DNA of 64,000 nucleotides, taken from the NCBI GenBank assembly GCA_035221665.1, contig CM069140.1:16926001-16990000 (forward strand), in the 5' to 3' direction. The stretch comes from Okamejei kenojei (Eukaryota). Position numbers and translations under genes: made by a program. The notes under the pieces are model-generated. The model made no database searches. It was not told the DNA's origin and was given only the letters and a program-made list of their open reading frames with translations. Positions 22,634 to 34,550 of this stretch are shown here, piece after piece (the stretch's first letter is position 1; every line of letters starts with the position of its first letter).

Positions 22634-23327
22634 TAAAGCATAGAAAGAGTCCATTTGCTTTTCTTTTATACCAGAATTATAACCAGTCTCAAATTTGTAC
22701 TTTATATGAGCTTTATAACATCAGCTCATACAAAACTCTACAATGTACTGGCCAACTCATCCAATACTCATGACTTTACTGATCTACATCAGATGCTGAT
22801 TCCCAAACAACTTTTAAAATTAAATCCTTTCAGCCATCTCCATTTCTGTAAACTTCGCCCTCCCTGTCAGCTGCAGTTCCCTTTACTTTCGAGCATTAGC
22901 AGAAGTAGTCTCAGTTGACATATCCGTGCTTTGGAATATTCTTCCTGAAATCCTCAATCTTGCCATCTTTAAAAAAAATCTCCAAGCAACTAGGTCAAAG
23001 CTCCTTTCTATATCCCCTTTATTTAAACGGCCACCTCATATTAGTTAGTGTGTTGTAAAAATGCGGATTATTAACTTTTGTACCAAGAGTGAATATGTTA
23101 AGTAAATGTATGTACGTTTATGTAAATGACACATTTCAACATCTCTGCAATGTTTAGATGTTTTCATTGATGTTTACTGTGGGAAATTGGGCAAAGCTTG
23201 CAAGTCCATCACGCTTGTGCCATTCTGATACTGTTATGATCCTTAAAGCTCTGCCACCTCTTCCAAGTCATGCCATGTAGTGGCAAATTAGGCCAATCAA
23301 AAGGCGCTATGGAGGGGGGCTTTCTGT

Positions 23328-24565
23328 ATGCTGCTGCTGCTTGCGTATGCCGTGCACAGCCTAAAGTTGTAGATCAAGGGTAGACATCCAGGCCAGGACA
23401 GCATCAGTTGCTGGGTGGATGGCTTTGATGCCACCAGGGAACAGCCTCAGTGAGCAGTCATTCACGATGTGTGGGATGGTCTGGTCCGGATGTCCGCAGT
23501 CACAAGCAGGACTGTCTGTCATCCCCCACATGCAGGTGATGGGCTGTTCTTGCATGGAGGGTGTGGATTCTGTTCAGGGTTAGCCATTGCTTGTGATGTT
23601 GACCCTTGCTTTCAGTTTATCAGCCACCCTCTTCAGGTGTTGACGATAGGTGCGGGTGCAATCCAGGGTGACTCTGATGTACTTGGAATTCTTCATTCTT
23701 CACCGGCTTACCACAAAAGGACACTCGGAGTTTTGCATCGGCGAGCCGATTGCTGAGGTGAAAGGCAGTGACAGTTGTCTTAGATGGGTTAGGGCGAAGT
23801 TGCCAGAAGGCGGTGGTACTCCATCCCCTTCAAGTCTTGGGTTAGCACTCTGCTGATATCCTCAAGGGCAGCTCCCTGATAGGCAAGGGCAAGGTCATCT
23901 GCATATGCAAACTCCTGGACAAGGTAGTTGGCATGTCAGTCACATGAATGTTGAATAGTCGGGGAGCTAGGACAGAGCCCTGGGGGAGACGATCATTCAG
24001 GGTCCTGACAGAGCTGGTCTGGTTCCCAAGCGAGACCCTAAATCTATGGTTGCTGAGGGTAGATGAGAGGGCAAGCATGGTGGTTTGGCACTTCAAGATT
24101 CTGGAAGCTTTCAGCAACAGACCATGTCTCCCCACGGTGTCATAAGCTGGTGACAGATCGATGAGAGCAACACCAGTTTTCAGGGCACATTGGAAGCCAG
24201 CCTCTTTTATGGTAGTGAGGGCAAGACATCTCCGCAGCTTCTACCAGGTCTAAAGCCAGCTTGCTTTCTGGGCAGAACAGGTTCTACCAATGGAGAAATC
24301 CTGGCAAGCAGGGGGTGCTCAAACAACTTGTAGGGTGTGCACAAGAGGGAGATGGGTAGGTACCTAGCTGGATCATCAGCACATTTCCCAGGCTTGTGGA
24401 CGGTAATGACTTTAGACTCTCCAGGCCTTGGGGATAATTCCACTACAATGGTCATGGGTGAAAAAAACAGCCAGCCAGTTGCGTCCAAGGTTCTTCAGAA
24501 AATCCAGGTGGATCCCATCAACTCCTGCTGCTTTCCCAGCTTCGGGAGAGGGCAGGCCTTGCTCT
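23328..24565 (-). mobile_element. Degenerate Vingi/Ingi-like (I group) LINE: RT region plus C-terminal CCHC
   Basis: Peptides KPGK..DPARYLPISLLCTPYKLFE, QAGFRPGRSC, LPQGSVLAPRLFNI..TDMP and WGMTDSPACDCGHPDQTIPHIVNDC..LDLQL*. Very short 3' UTR ending CATACGCAAG(CAG)n. Confidence 0.75.
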
Positions 24566-25099
24566 ACATTACAGAAAAATAGTTTTGGATGGAATTATTA
24601 GGATACTATTGGTGAACCGTTAATTTCATAACATGACATGAATATCTAGTTTGGAAAATAATTCCTATTTCTTGACCAGAGTAAAAATGTGGAAAAACAA
24701 GGAAATGTGCACTTGCAATATCTGGTAATAAAAACTAGAAATGTGTATGTAGGATTAAATCTAGATCATGGAGTATAAATTGATTTATGTACTGAGGAAC
24801 TAAAGTGCAGAACTATTTTTGTTTATCAAACTCATATTTTCAACTGTTTTTTATGTCATGTTTATTTCAGAAATTTGCGATCTGTAAAGATTTTCCTGTA
24901 TGCTGGGACAAATCACGAATTAGTGGTTGGTTCCTTTTTGTATTAATAGTGATGACTGAATTGTGGACAGGAAGCTACTCTAACGATAAACAGATTGGTG
25001 CATCGGAAGTATTAAATGAAAACAAAATTGCGTCTATGTAGGAAAAGTAATGCTCCAAGGAAGAATGTTGTTAGAAAAGCAAAGTTCTGTAGTTTTGTA

Positions 25100-25562
25100 A
25101 GAAATGAGGAGCAGCACTTCATATTCTGCTCGGGTAACTTATCACCCAACAGCATGGACATTGAATTCTTCAACGGTAGTTAACTACAAAACCCTCCCCC
25201 TCCGCCGTGCACCATCTGGACTCGCACCTGTTTCTCCACGCCCTCCCCGTTCCACCTCATTCCTACCTCTAGCTTCACAATTTGTAACTTTTGTCTCACG
25301 CTTGACATCTTTTCATCTCTTTCTTTGTCCACCATCTGCCTGCTACCACCCCTCCCCCCCTCTCCATCACCTGTATCAACTTATTATCTGCCAGGCTTTG
25401 TCCTGCCTCTTCTCCCCCACACCCCCACAATCAGTCTGAAGAAGGGTCCTGACCCAAAACATCACCTATCCATGTTCTCCAGAGCAGCTGCCTGACCCAT
25501 TGAGTTACTCCAGCACTGTCTTTTTTAAAAAAATATAGACCAGCAACAGCAGTTCCATGTTT
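25100..25562 (+). mobile_element. Penelope-like element 3' end: GIY-YIG C-terminus, UTR and terminal repeat
   Basis: EEQHFIFCSGNLSPNSMDIEF starting at 25106, then a pyrimidine-rich UTR, then CAGTCTGAAGAAGGGTCCTGACCCAAAACATCACC...CAGCAGTTCC. Confidence 0.85.
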
Positions 25563-26264
25563 TTGATATTTTACAGAAAAGCTTTCCGGTTGCATTTGGT
25601 CTATTGTGTAATCTTTCCAAAGATAACGCAGAGAAATTGGCCTGGCTCCTGAATATGAATTGAGGTTGGCTTGTGCACTGCAAGTACATGTCTGCCAACA
25701 GTACTTGAAGCCAACAAAACGGAGGTGACCTTGTCCTTGGGACAAAAGAAACTGAAGGTGAATGTAGTTCCTTCAGGTGCCAAGGGGATCACTTTGTGTG
25801 GAAAAAATGGTAATTCATGATGTTGAGCTTGTCCGTAGTTTCTATAATTTGGTTGTGACTGTTTGCCTTTTTTTGATGGCTTTCTTCTTTTCCCTTTTGA
25901 TTCTTTTTGGCTTTTACGTCTAAGAAATAAATGGATGCAGATTAAGGTGCCCTGTTCAGATGTGCCTTCCTTGATAAGCAAGTTACTGATGCTGAATGTA
26001 CAGGGAATGATTGTAATGGATGTGTGGCAAATTATCCTCCTTTGTTACCATCCACACGTTTCTGAGCAAGAAAATTGGTCAACTTTGCAGAGTATGGACA
26101 TTTGGCAATTTCCGAGCTGTATTCCACATAACAGTACATCGTTGAGGGTGATGTTTTGCATACGAACATATTCAGCGCATTTAGGCACCCACCTCCCTGC
26201 CCTCATATCGCTTACGCTGAAATTTGGAGACATTGAAGCCATTTCAAATGAGGTGTTTAATTAA

Positions 26265-28495
26265 GAACACAGAACATTAAACATAGAGCAGTACAGCACA
26301 CAAGGGCAGGCCGTATATGCCCATAGTGACCACAATGCCAAACTGCACATCAACTTGCTTTCCTTGCCTGGTCATGTCTGTCTAAATGCTGCTAAAAACA
26401 TTGCTGTTGTTTTCTACCATTGCTCTTCCTGGCAGAGTTCTAGACACCAACCACTATGTAAAGAAAAACAACCTGTAAATCTCCTTTTAAACTTTCTCCC
26501 TTACACCTTAAAGCTGTACCCATTACTATTTGACATTTCCACCCTGGGATAAAGATTCTGGCTGTTTACCCTATTTATAATTTTTACATCATAATTTTAC
26601 ATAGAAACATAGGTGCAGGAGTAGGTCATTTGGCCCTTCGAGTCTGCACTGCCATTCAATATGATCATGGCTGATCATCCAACTCAGTATCCTGTACCTG
26701 CCTTCTCTCCATACCCCCTGATCCCTTTAACCACAAGGGCCACATCTAACTCCCTCTTAAATATAGCCAATGAAGTGGCCTCAACTACGTTCTGTGGCAG
26801 AGAGTTCCAGAGATTCACCACTCTCAGTGTGAAAAATATTTTTCTCATCTCGGTCCTAAAAGATTTCCCCTTTATCCTTAAACTGTGACCCCTTGTTCTG
26901 GACTTCCCCAACATCGGGAACAATCTTCCTGCATCTAGCCTGTCCAACCCCTTAATAATTTTGTAAGTTTCTATACGATGCCCCCTCAATCTTCTAAATT
27001 CTAGCGAGTACAAGCCGTGTCTATCCAGTCTTTGCATGTCTACATCATGTCTCCCCTTGACCTCTGACACTCCAGAGAAAAGAATCCAAGTTTGTCCAAC
27101 ACTTCCTTATAACTAATACTCTTTCTAGTAAAGGCAAAATCATGGTGAACCTCTTCTGTAACCTTTCCAAAGCTTATACATGCTTCCTACAAAGCGGCAG
27201 ACAAAATAACGCACAATATTCCAAGTTTTTGTGCAGCTACTAAACTTTCCAACTCTTGTACTCGATGGAGGTCAGCATGCTGTGGGCTGCTTTTGCCATC
27301 ATGCCTACTTGTGTTGTCACTTTCAGTGAGCTTGCACGCCAAGCTCCCTAACTACATCAGTGCTGCTAAGGGTCCTGCTGTTCACTTTCCTTTGATATTT
27401 GACCCCAAATTGCTACACTTCACACTTGTCTAGATGTACCCCCTTCTGCCATATCTCCAGCCATATTTCCAGCAGATCTATATCCTGCTGTTCCGTCTCT
27501 GTCCTCACTATCCGCATCTTTGCCAGTTTTGTTTCACTCCTGCAAACTTGTTAATCAGCATTTCCGTCCAATGTCACCAGTCCCAGAACTGGTCCTTATG
27601 GGATAGCTGGTCACAGACCTCCAGTCAGAATAAATGCCCTTCCCACTACCCTCTGTCTTCTAAGGCCAAGCCATTTTTTAATCCTATCTACCAATTCTCT
27701 GTGCCTTAATTTTGAAATTCACACCACCTTTACGGATCTTATCAAAAACATTACTGAAATCCATGTATGAAACATTCACCACCCTATCCTCAGCAATCAT
27801 CTTTGTCATCTAAATAAAAAATCATTCAAGTTGTTAGGACATTACCTCCGGTGCACAAAGCTATTTTGACTTGCCCTAATAAGTCTTGGCTCTTCCAGAT
27901 GTGAGTCAATCCTATTGCTCAGAAACGTCTCCAATAATTTACAATAAGCAGCTTATTTAATGCTCACTACCCTGTAACGTCTCGGTTTGTTCCTATTGCC
28001 CTTAAACAGAGGAACAACATTGCCTATTCTTCAGTCCTCTGGGATCTTGCCTGGGGCTAGAGAGATTACGAACATCCCTGTCGAGGCCCCAGCAATCTCC
28101 ACTTGTTTATCTCAATACCATTGGGATATATGCCATCAGGCTTTGAAGTTTTATCCATCCTAATGTTCTACAGGAGACCAAACGCATTTCCTTTATATCT
28201 CCCAGATCTGACTATACCCATGTCCTTCTCATTGATGTCAATACCGATGCAAATGTCAGTACTGCACCCACTCCTACCTCCAGGTATAAATACCCTCCTC
28301 CCTCCTACCATATCCCGAGCTACTTTAAAAAAAAAAGAATGAAATCCCTTTAGTAGTACTCAGCAAGGATATTTCATGGTCCCTTTTAGCCTCCCTGATT
28401 CCGTTCAAGTTCTCTCCTGCTTCAAATTTCCTGAACACCAATTTTTCATACTTTTTTGTTTAAATTTGCAATATTTCTTGCCATCGAAGGTTCAA
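26265..28495 (-). mobile_element. Old degenerate CR1 LINE (~2 kb) with a younger CR1 inserted
   Basis: The tail at ~26265-26310 and decayed ORF2 sequence continue to ~28490. Confidence 0.65.
26600..27033 (-). mobile_element. Young CR1/HER1 LINE, 3' end
   Basis: RLDRHGLYSLEFRRLRGHRIETYKIIKGLDRLDAGRLFPMLGKSRTRGHSLRI. CATAGAAA tail. Confidence 0.9.
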
Positions 28496-28544
28496 GAATA
28501 TGTTGGACTTGAATACTAACCACCTGGACTCCGACATGCCAGGT

Positions 28545-29082
28545 GTGAAGAAGGGTCTCGACCTGAAACGTCAATCTGAAGGGGGTACACAAAATGCTGG
28601 AGAAACACAGCGGGTGCAGCAGCATTTATGGAGCGAAGGAGATGGGCAGCGTTTCGGGCCGAAAGTCCCCTTCAGTCTGAAGAAGAGTTTTGGCCCGAAA
28701 CGTTGCCTATCTCCTTCGCTCCATAGATGCTGCTGCACTCGCTGAGTTTCTCCAGCATTTTGTGTAACATAGAAACATAGAAATTAGGTGCAGGAGTAGG
28801 CCATTCAGCCCTTCGAGCCTGCACCGCCATTCAATATGATCATGGCTGATCATCCAACTCAGTATCCCGTACCTGCCTTCTCTCCATACCCTCTGATCCC
28901 CTTAGCCACAAGGGCCACATCCAACTCACTCTTAAATATAGCCAATGTACCCTCGATTTTCCAGCATCTGCAGTTCCTTCTTTAACAATCTGAAGAAGGG
29001 TCTTGATTCAAAACGTCATCCATTCCTTCTCTCCAGTGATGCTAACTGGCCCGCTGAGTTACTCCAACTTTTTGTGTCTATG
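28545..29082. mobile_element. Nested cluster: Penelope-derived subfamily A, interrupted by palindromic subfamily B (28582-28985), itself interrupted by CR1 (28767-28945)
   Basis: CAATCTGAAG is duplicated at 28572-28581 and 28986-28995. TGTA lies on both sides of the CR1. Confidence 0.8.
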
Positions 29083-32000
29083 CCAGATGTGAACTTGGCC
29101 GATATCAGTTGCTCCAAATCTCCCTCCGCTTTACACCCTTCCCTGATTTAGTATTTTGCTTCCTCCCCTTTGTGCTCCCTTCCCCCATCCTCTCCCATTG
29201 CCCTCTCTCCACCTCTTTGTGCTTCCTCCCCGCGTTTCCCCTCCCCCCCCCCATCTGCTCGCATGAATGCCTACTCCACTGGTGAGAGGGCGGTGTCAAA
29301 TGTTTGCTAGCAGGAGTAGGGTTTCCTGTCATCTTCTCGGTCACACTCTTGCAGCCTATTTACTATCTTGCCCCACCGAAGCCCTGTACAAGATTCACTT
29401 GAGTGTTTGCTACTTCCATGACCTTTAGTTGAATGCTTACTCGATGAGTGGAAAAACTACAGTGTGTGTGATATCTGACACTGTCAATTATGTAAAACCT
29501 GCTGGCTCCAACATTGGTGGATAAATGTTCCAAACAGGTTACAATTGCAAGACGTTTGTTTTGAAGCACCTAATTGACGTTTTGCGTAGTTTGCTGCTGT
29601 CAGCCAAATTGAAATGGAGTTGTGTGTTCACAGAGGTTACCTCAAATGACAGAAAGGATTGTGCATCACTGGGGGTGTGGATCACGATGGGTTTAAATTA
29701 CAGGGTGGTGGTTCATACAAACACTGTATTGTTGAAACAATGTGCATCTTTCATGAGTGTAGTTCTTAATTGTAATATTAGTCTTTAGCATGCAGTAGTA
29801 AGCACATTTGCCCTCTGTGCCTCTGAGCTAGGGAGGGTCTCTGTTCTGAACCACAGACAGGTCATGCTTTGGTTTGCTGCGTATTCATTTCTTTCAGAAA
29901 TGGAGTTAATGTCTGCACGATTCGTGATGTATGACACTGCGACGGCCATGCACTGCATTACAAAAAGAACAACTGTGGATGCCAGTGTGTAAGATTGTAC
30001 ACATGCGTTGCTGCCAAACATCATCTACATGACCCCTGCATGCAACAGCATGGTTTTGAAAATGTCATTCTCTTTCCCCGTGTAAGAATCCTCTAAAGAG
30101 ATGGACCTCCCAGTGGCTACGAATTGGCATAATGTCTGGGAAGCCTGTACTCGGCCAAAACAATTCTAGTGCTGCTACTATCATGCTGATGAGAAGAATT
30201 AATTTGAAACAGATCAGAGTTTAATCCAGATCTTGTTTGCTAAATTCTTAAACTGACTGATCTATGATCTGAGGAAAGCAATTCGCTGTTCTTGATGCAA
30301 AGTTTTATTCGGGAGCATTGACAGATTAACCACCTTTGGAAACCTTCGCCTGTTAGTCTCGCAGGCATTTACTTTCAAGGTTGTTGATTGCAATCGGGAG
30401 AAATTAAAACTATAACCCACGGCTGTTCAGAATTATTACATTTCATCACACTGCTTGGCCATAGTTACTGGGATGAGCCATGGTCTCAGCAAGGTTCAGG
30501 GGAAAAATCTGAATTGCTGAAATAATTTGTAATAATCTGAGTTCAGGTTGCACAGTGCATTGAAAACTCCAGGGAGAAACCTGATTATTAACGGTTTACC
30601 AGTGAGCTCGAATCTATAGAGCTTAAAGATTACGTTACCAATAACCCATACCCATGGTATGTTGAGATTTAATAAATGAATCTAAATTAAAACATTAAGA
30701 TTTTGGAGTAGGAATATATTATGTGCAACTTGTATGTTGTAGCCTGGCATTGAGATCTTCTGTGCCTCATTGGTGTAGTGCCTATGAATGTATTTGAGCA
30801 TGCTGGTGGGGCAAAGAAAGGGAAGAGGGTGATTCTTAAAAATGAAACCATATCCAAGGAGGTGGTAAATTTGGATCCCAGGCCAGCTTCCTGTTGCGGT
30901 GAAGCAACACAGCCCACTTGGGTTGTTCATTCCATCCTGTTGACATATGCAGCTACTTGGTACTCGATCTGTCATCTGGTTCTGCTTTTGCTAAAAGGGC
31001 AGGAGTGGGGCCATAAGAGTTGCCAAGGGACTTGATCTGAACACCACTTCAGAATGTGTTTTATTTCAGCACCAGCTTTGTAGCCTTGAGTGTTGTCGTT
31101 TAATTTGAACAAATGCCACTGTATGTCTTTGGAAAAATAACTGGTTTCATTTTATTCAAGAGGTCCAAGAATTTAAACAGTATTTTGTTGTGAGAAACCA
31201 TTTTGAGGGCTAAAAATTGTTTGAAAATATTTATTTCACATTGTATTGTCCAATTTGATTTTTTCCCTCAATAAATGCACTTGTTTTTACAATGGAGAGA
31301 CTCCAAATTGTGATGCCAATTAGACTTTTTTTGTGTTTACTCCACTTGTGGCATGAAGAAGGCAACAAATTGGACCCTTAATTTACAGAACTAATTTCTC
31401 CTTTCTACGTGTCCGGCTTCACTACGCAATGAAACACTAGGACTTGTCTATCCTGTCCTTTTTGAGTTTACCTTCCTCTTGAAGTCTGTGCTGAACAGTG
31501 ATCAACTTACCATTTTATTTCATACTTTGCTTTCTTGCTGTTGTGACATTTGGATCCTTTTCACCTATAAGGTTGCTTTTAATGTCAAAGTCCATCATTG
31601 TTGCCATGGTAGGATCTGGATTTGCTCTGATAACACAGGTTGTTGATATGAAATATTAATGTTGATTTACCACAGATGCTGCCTAACCTGCTGAGTATTT
31701 CCCCCAAGTTTGGACATCTACAGTCTTGAGTTCTTGTCCTGGAAGGAAAGTGTTGGGCAAGGGAGACTTTACGGGCACCGCACAAGAACTCAATTGGCTA
31801 CTGTACATACTTTTCCCATCCTTCCCTTGATTAAGTTTATTCCCAAGGGAAAGAACATTGGGAAAAATTAATCTTCTGTGCCTTAAGATTTGTGAGAGAG
31901 TGCAATAGAAATCTTAGCATTTAAAAATTGCCAATTATAAATATTTAATGTATAAGATTAATAATAATATTTAATTTCACTTTGAAATAATATGAGTACA

Positions 32001-32397
32001 TTTTAACATCTTCATGAATTTTAGTAAAATTATTTTATGCTGCAGCTACTGGTGCTAACAATTTATTTTTATTTAAGTGGAAAATAATTAGCAGATGGAA
32101 TGAACAAAGGGAGATGTATATCATTTGGTTATTTTTCCCTTGTGAATTGTGTTTTGGAGAATTGTAAAACTTTGTCTGTGAAAGATAAAGCTTTGGTTGC
32201 AAATGCCACAATAACAGGTCTGCCCTGCAATAAGATGAAATTATGATCTTCCTCCTACTTCGGGAGTCTCGGGGCTCCAGATAAACAAATATACTTTATG
32301 GCCATTTCAAATTACAGTAAGTTACAGATTTTTTTTATTGTCTGGTCTGTGTAACTTAGAGGAAGGTGCTGGTAATGGGAGCGAGCAAATAAATGCC

Positions 32398-32495
32398 CAG
32401 TTGAAGAAGGGTCTCGACCCAAAACGTCACCCATTCCTTCTCCCCAGAGATGCTGCCTGCCCCGCTGTGTTACTCCAGCTTTTTGTGTCTATCTA
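32398..32495 (+). mobile_element. Penelope-derived terminal repeat
   Basis: TTGAAGAAGGGTCTCGACCCAAAACGTCACCCATTCC...TTTTTGTGTCTATCT. Confidence 0.85.
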
Positions 32496-34424
32496 GTGCA
32501 TATCAATCCTTAATTTTCTACAATTTGTTAGAATAGCCTCTGAAGAGTTAATCAATGTATGACTTTTTATTTCTACCAAAGTGCAAGTAGCTGGCAGGCT
32601 TAATTGTGGTGCACCACGTGTGTGGAAAAACACATTGATAGTTCTGATAATATTGCCGTGGCAACCAACAAGCAACTAGAGGAAAGGAGATTGTAGCTGT
32701 TGTGCATAGAATTTTCTTTTTTGACTGCACTTTAGTTTAGTTTTTGTGGCTTTTTTTTTCTTCCCCTTTTAATATACTTTGTTGTGGAACAAAACATTAC
32801 GCTTGGCTTAACCTGCAGTCAATCAGGGTGGATTTGCTCATTGGTTATCTGATGTATGTGATGTTGGATTTGCACCATTTATTCTCTGAAACAGCTGTCT
32901 TTATTGGTGGGTTCTAATGAATTTAAATCAACACGGGACATATGACAATAAAACGCTCTTGACTCTCTCGACTCTTGGCTAAACAAAATGGCGGATGGAA
33001 ATTTGAATGTTCTGGAATATGTGGAGAGACATTTTGTGATGCCAATTTCAGCTTTCTAAAGAGCCAATAATGTTGAGCAATACTGAGTTGGTTTAGTTGA
33101 TGATGTGAATCTGACATTTGCTTAGAATAGTTTCACTGAAAAGCAGCACAATTTGGGTTGGCGTCTCCAATATACACAATAGGTTTTTGCACCTTTGATA
33201 ATACGTTGAGCATTTTGTTTTACTCTAACCTTTTATCTGACTGTAAATAACGGTCCAGACCCATGGGAAGTGGGTGTGGTGGGAATAATTAAATAAATCA
33301 CACTCTGACCTGAGAATTTTAAATGTATTTTCCTTTTGCACTGAAATCTGCTTTTTCAGTCTCTGTACACAGCCTTTGTAAACATTAACTGATTAGAACT
33401 AGTCAAGTGAGTGATTTCATGAACTTATCAGTATTCCAGCTGCTACTGCTTGTACCTATCTGCTGAGGAGACATCTGAGCTATTTAAAAATTCAGTGCGG
33501 TTTCGCCAATGCAGATAAGAGTTTTACACTGGCTCCCAATTTCATGACCAGTTTTGGAAGGTGAGACGGAATGCCTTAAAATGAGACAAATTATGAAAGA
33601 TGGCCGTTGTAGCAATACAATTCCAACTGTTGCATCTTTGAACGGGTTTGAGTTTTATACTTTTTTTCCAGGAGAAGCATAGTCTTGTATCTTACTCCAT
33701 TTATGTTGTAATTTGGCCCAATGATCTGACTCTTGTTGCCTCCTCAGAACACACTGTTCATTGTTATTTTCTTTCTGTATTTTTGTAATTTCTCCAAATT
33801 TCCTGTCCTTGGGTTATTGAAAATATAAAATATAAAAGAGAAGCTTCTATTTGTGAGAAATTTATGCTTTTCACTGTGTCATAATGTGTCATAATGTGCA
33901 ATACGACAGGGAATATCTGTTTTCCTATTACCATGAATAATAGTTTTCCTATTAATTTCTCAGAATCTAACTTTTGAAGACCTGTTAAACTTCTGGTATA
34001 TTTGATTGTAGTCCTATCAAAATTAGTTATGCTTTAGAAGGAGCAGGATCCAGCGCGTTGCATTGTATTCCAGATGTGGTCCCATAGGTGCTGCAGCTAA
34101 ATGTATTCAGTTGCCATTCTCTTCTAGTTAGTCTTTTTGATTGCTGCTTGGGCTCCATCAAAATGTTGCCCTCAATCTCCATGTTGCTAGTAACTCCCAA
34201 ATATATTATTTTGCTTTGAATTCGATGACTTTGCTGATCTGTGTTCAATTCAATCTACCATAGTTTAATTCTCTCTTAATTAACGCCTCTTTTTGATTTT
34301 CTGCTCTTTCTGTGCTAGTTGTTACACCAACTAAATTTAGGGTCTCTGGTAAAAATTACGGATGGTTTCTGGTTATTTATATCATTAATATCTATAGTTA
34401 ATGGATGAGATCATTATGGGATAG

Positions 34425-34550
34425 TTAAGTTTAGAGATACAGCGCGGAAACAAGCCCTTTGGCCTTTGCGATCGCACACTAACACTATCCTACGTACACT
34501 AGGGACCATTTTTACCAAGACAATGAATCTATGAATCGGTATGTCTCTGG
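34425..34550 (-). mobile_element. HE1-like SINE, 3' fragment
   Basis: GTTTAGAGATACAGCGCGGAAACAAGCCCTT tail and CCTACGTACACTAGGGAC, as in the 55837 copy. Confidence 0.65.
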
